The position numbers and the translations under genes were made by a program. A stretch of 52,991 bases of DNA, counting the filler, from Jimgerdemannia flammicorona (Eukaryota): the NCBI GenBank assembly GCA_003990765.1. It is 2 parts of 2 records of this genome, joined end to end, with 100 filler letters (N's around TTAATTAATTAA, not from the genome) between each part and the next. Parts side by side here need not be neighbours in the genome. Positions count along the whole stretch, not along the records: positions 26,549 to 52,991 come from RBNJ01000727.1; 1 more part is not named here. The stretch is one strand, 5' to 3'. The notes beneath the pieces are model-generated. The model had not been told where the DNA came from. It saw only the letters and a list, made by a program, of their open reading frames with translations, and did no database searches. Each line of letters starts with the position of its first letter. Position 1 is the stretch's first letter. Of the stretch, positions 50,531-52,991 are shown piece after piece.

Positions 50531-52834
50531 ATAGGAGTATCAGAAACCTAAATCTTTATATTATTAAGATATACATATCTATTTTGAACAGAACCATTTT
50601 TATATATCTTCTTTATAATATTACTTCCTTCTTTAAGAATTTAGTTGGTAATTTTTATATATATTGGTATCCTTGATATATACTTTTTTAACTTCTTCAA
50701 ATAGGCTAATAGTGATGTTGCTAATTACTATAAGGTTATTCTTCTGAGTATTTCAACAAAGTACATTAGCTACTTTATTCTTAATATCAGCAATATACTT
50801 GATTTTAACATTGAAGAGTACAAGTATCTATATTAATTATACTTATCTTTTTATAAAGATTAGTTATATTTAAATATATTATAGAGCTTAATAGTCTATC
50901 TATAAGATAAATTTCTTACTAAGAAGAAAATATCTCTATGAATACAGAGATTAGATGACTATGAGGAGTTCTTTATCTTATATTTTATAGTTCTTTTTAT
51001 ACTCATTTAACTTCTGAAATAGATATATAACTAAATATTTATACTAAATCAATATAACTCTAATTATAATATTTGAGATATTTGTAGTGATAGTAAAGAG
51101 TTCTGTTAGATCTGAGCTGATCAGTCAGTATTCTCTTAAGGATATTCATTTCTGTAGTATATTCTTCTGTTTATTCTTTTTTTATATTAGTTCTCTCCTT
51201 ATAAAGACTTATAAGTAGAGAGATAATTGCTGAGAATTCTTAAATAAATCTTTAGTAGTATTTAGCTAATTCATTAAATTCTTGTAAGGACTTAAAGGTC
51301 TTCAGAATAGACTAGTTACAGATTGTTTCAGTCTTTTTGGAGTTAATGATAATACTATTTGCTGAGAGAATATATTCTAGATATTTAATTTTCTTCTTAA
51401 AGAAGTAGTACTTCTTTCTTTTTACTGAGCTTATATTCTCAGAGTATGTCAAAACCCATTTATAGATATTATTGATAGGTAGCACTACTTGTACTATATA
51501 CTAGAATAAATACTCTAAGATATTTTTAAAATATATCATTCATTAGTATCTGAAAGATTGTTTATATATTAATAAGTAAAAAGATATTATATAGAATTTG
51601 TAATATTCAAATCTTGTTTAAAATACTATCTTTAAGATATTTTCTTCCTTGATATAAATTTGATAATATTCAGATATAAAATCAATAAGTAAAAAGGTCT
51701 TAGTATTATATATTTAGTTAAGCAACTTGTTGATTTATAGGAGTATATATTAGTTCTTGACAGATATCTTATTGAGTACTTAATAATCAATTTATATATA
51801 GAGACTACTATTTCTTATAAATAAAAAGGATTAATATATCATATAGTAATATTAATTGATATATAAGACCTTTGTTTGATAGGTCTGCTAGTTATATATT
51901 TCTTAAGAGTTTTTAACTCAAGCTGAGCTAGTTGTTAGATTCCATAATAGAGAGAGTCTACTTCTGAAGTATTTTTGATATTATGTATATTCTAATACTT
52001 AGATATATAGATAGTAATCCTTAAAATTCTTAAAAGATATCTTTATAGTTCTTGAGTAGTTTCTAGAGGCTTTTTTCTTCATTATCTTCATTCTTCAATA
52101 ATTTAGAAAGATTATTATCATCATTATCTTCTACTAATAGCTCTTTAATAATATATATATATATATATTACTCTGATTTCTGAATTAGTTTCTTTATTTA
52201 TATAGTAGAGATGATATTATACTTGGAATTTACTTTCTTTTTGGCCTGTTCTGACTATAGCTAGATGTATTCTAGAGAGATTATATTAGTTTACCAATCA
52301 ATATATAGATTTTCTTGAGTGAGCTAGAATTTTTCAAAGATAAGATTGTGTTTTAGAAGATGTATAATATAGAATTTCTACTTTGTGATATAGTCTCCTA
52401 GTTGTAAGAGTATATTCTTGCAGATTTTAGAGAGTTTCTAAGTTGTTCTATTTTCAAATATCATGATGTTTCCTTCTAAATATAACAATTTCACAGTTAT
52501 ATTTTAGTCTTAGTACTTTTTATATCTTTTTATTAGTCTTTTCTTGTCTTTTTTTTGAATATTTTACTATGTTTCAGTATCTTCTGAGTACTTAGAAATC
52601 TTCTTTTAGCACTAAGATCTATTAGAATATTTTTATCTTTTCTCAGTACCAAGTATCTTATTATAGAATCTTTTAAAATATTATGGAATTCTATTAGTTA
52701 TCTTTGCTAAAAATCTATTTCTTGGCCTTTCTTTTCTTTTCTAAAGATTCTTCTTTCAGATATTATATAAATATTCTTATTCTCTACTTAAATAAAGCTC
52801 ATAATATTTTCTCTCAGAATTTCTTTGAGAATAC
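50531..52834 (-). mobile_element. Extremely decayed Ty3/gypsy remnant D (host of the G3 and LINE-4 insertions)
   Basis: RT remnant IDY*VLNKISVKN*YILL*INKLL (~51720-51800), equivalent to [23 protein letters not shown]; very AT-rich. Confidence 0.7.
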
Positions 52835-52991
52835 TTTTTTTTTTCTTTACTATTTATTATCTATCTATCAAATATAATTACATTACCCCCTCTCACTATC
52901 CAATCTCACCATAGAGATAGAACTGAACCTCCCAATTGTCCATAGCTAGTCTGCTCCAACCCTCCTCACCCAGTACTACCAGTTGACACCC
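52835..52991 (-). mobile_element. LINE-4: probable 3' end of another G-rich LINE
   Basis: G-rich minus strand, GGATAG..GGGGG..GATAGAT..AATAAA then A10 (52844-52835), like the LINE-2 3' UTR. Confidence 0.6.

Overview
Eukaryotic, most likely fungal, genomic DNA (short GT-AG introns; the gene and TE families suggest an early-diverging Mucoromycota-type lineage, which is inference only). Two CpG-rich host islands carry an intron-containing FAD-dependent monooxygenase (1-926, minus) and the 3' four exons of a TRP-like ion channel (25230-26386, minus). The rest is nested, CpG-depleted transposon sequence: four copies of a G-rich L1/Tx1-like LINE (two full length with TSDs), two complete Ty3/gypsy LTR elements with 4-bp TSDs, three decayed gypsy remnants, one Ty1/copia and a hAT-type MITE. 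An artificial 100-nt linker at 26449-26548 splits the window. Main highlights: (1) three different gypsy elements carry a dUTPase, in two different positions; (2) both complete gypsy elements have a mutually alignable extra ORF in the env position that overlaps the end of pol in the same +1 geometry; (3) the repeats show RIP-like CpA>TpA plus CpG transition hypermutation that appears to leak into adjacent unique DNA. All alignments and counts were done by eye.
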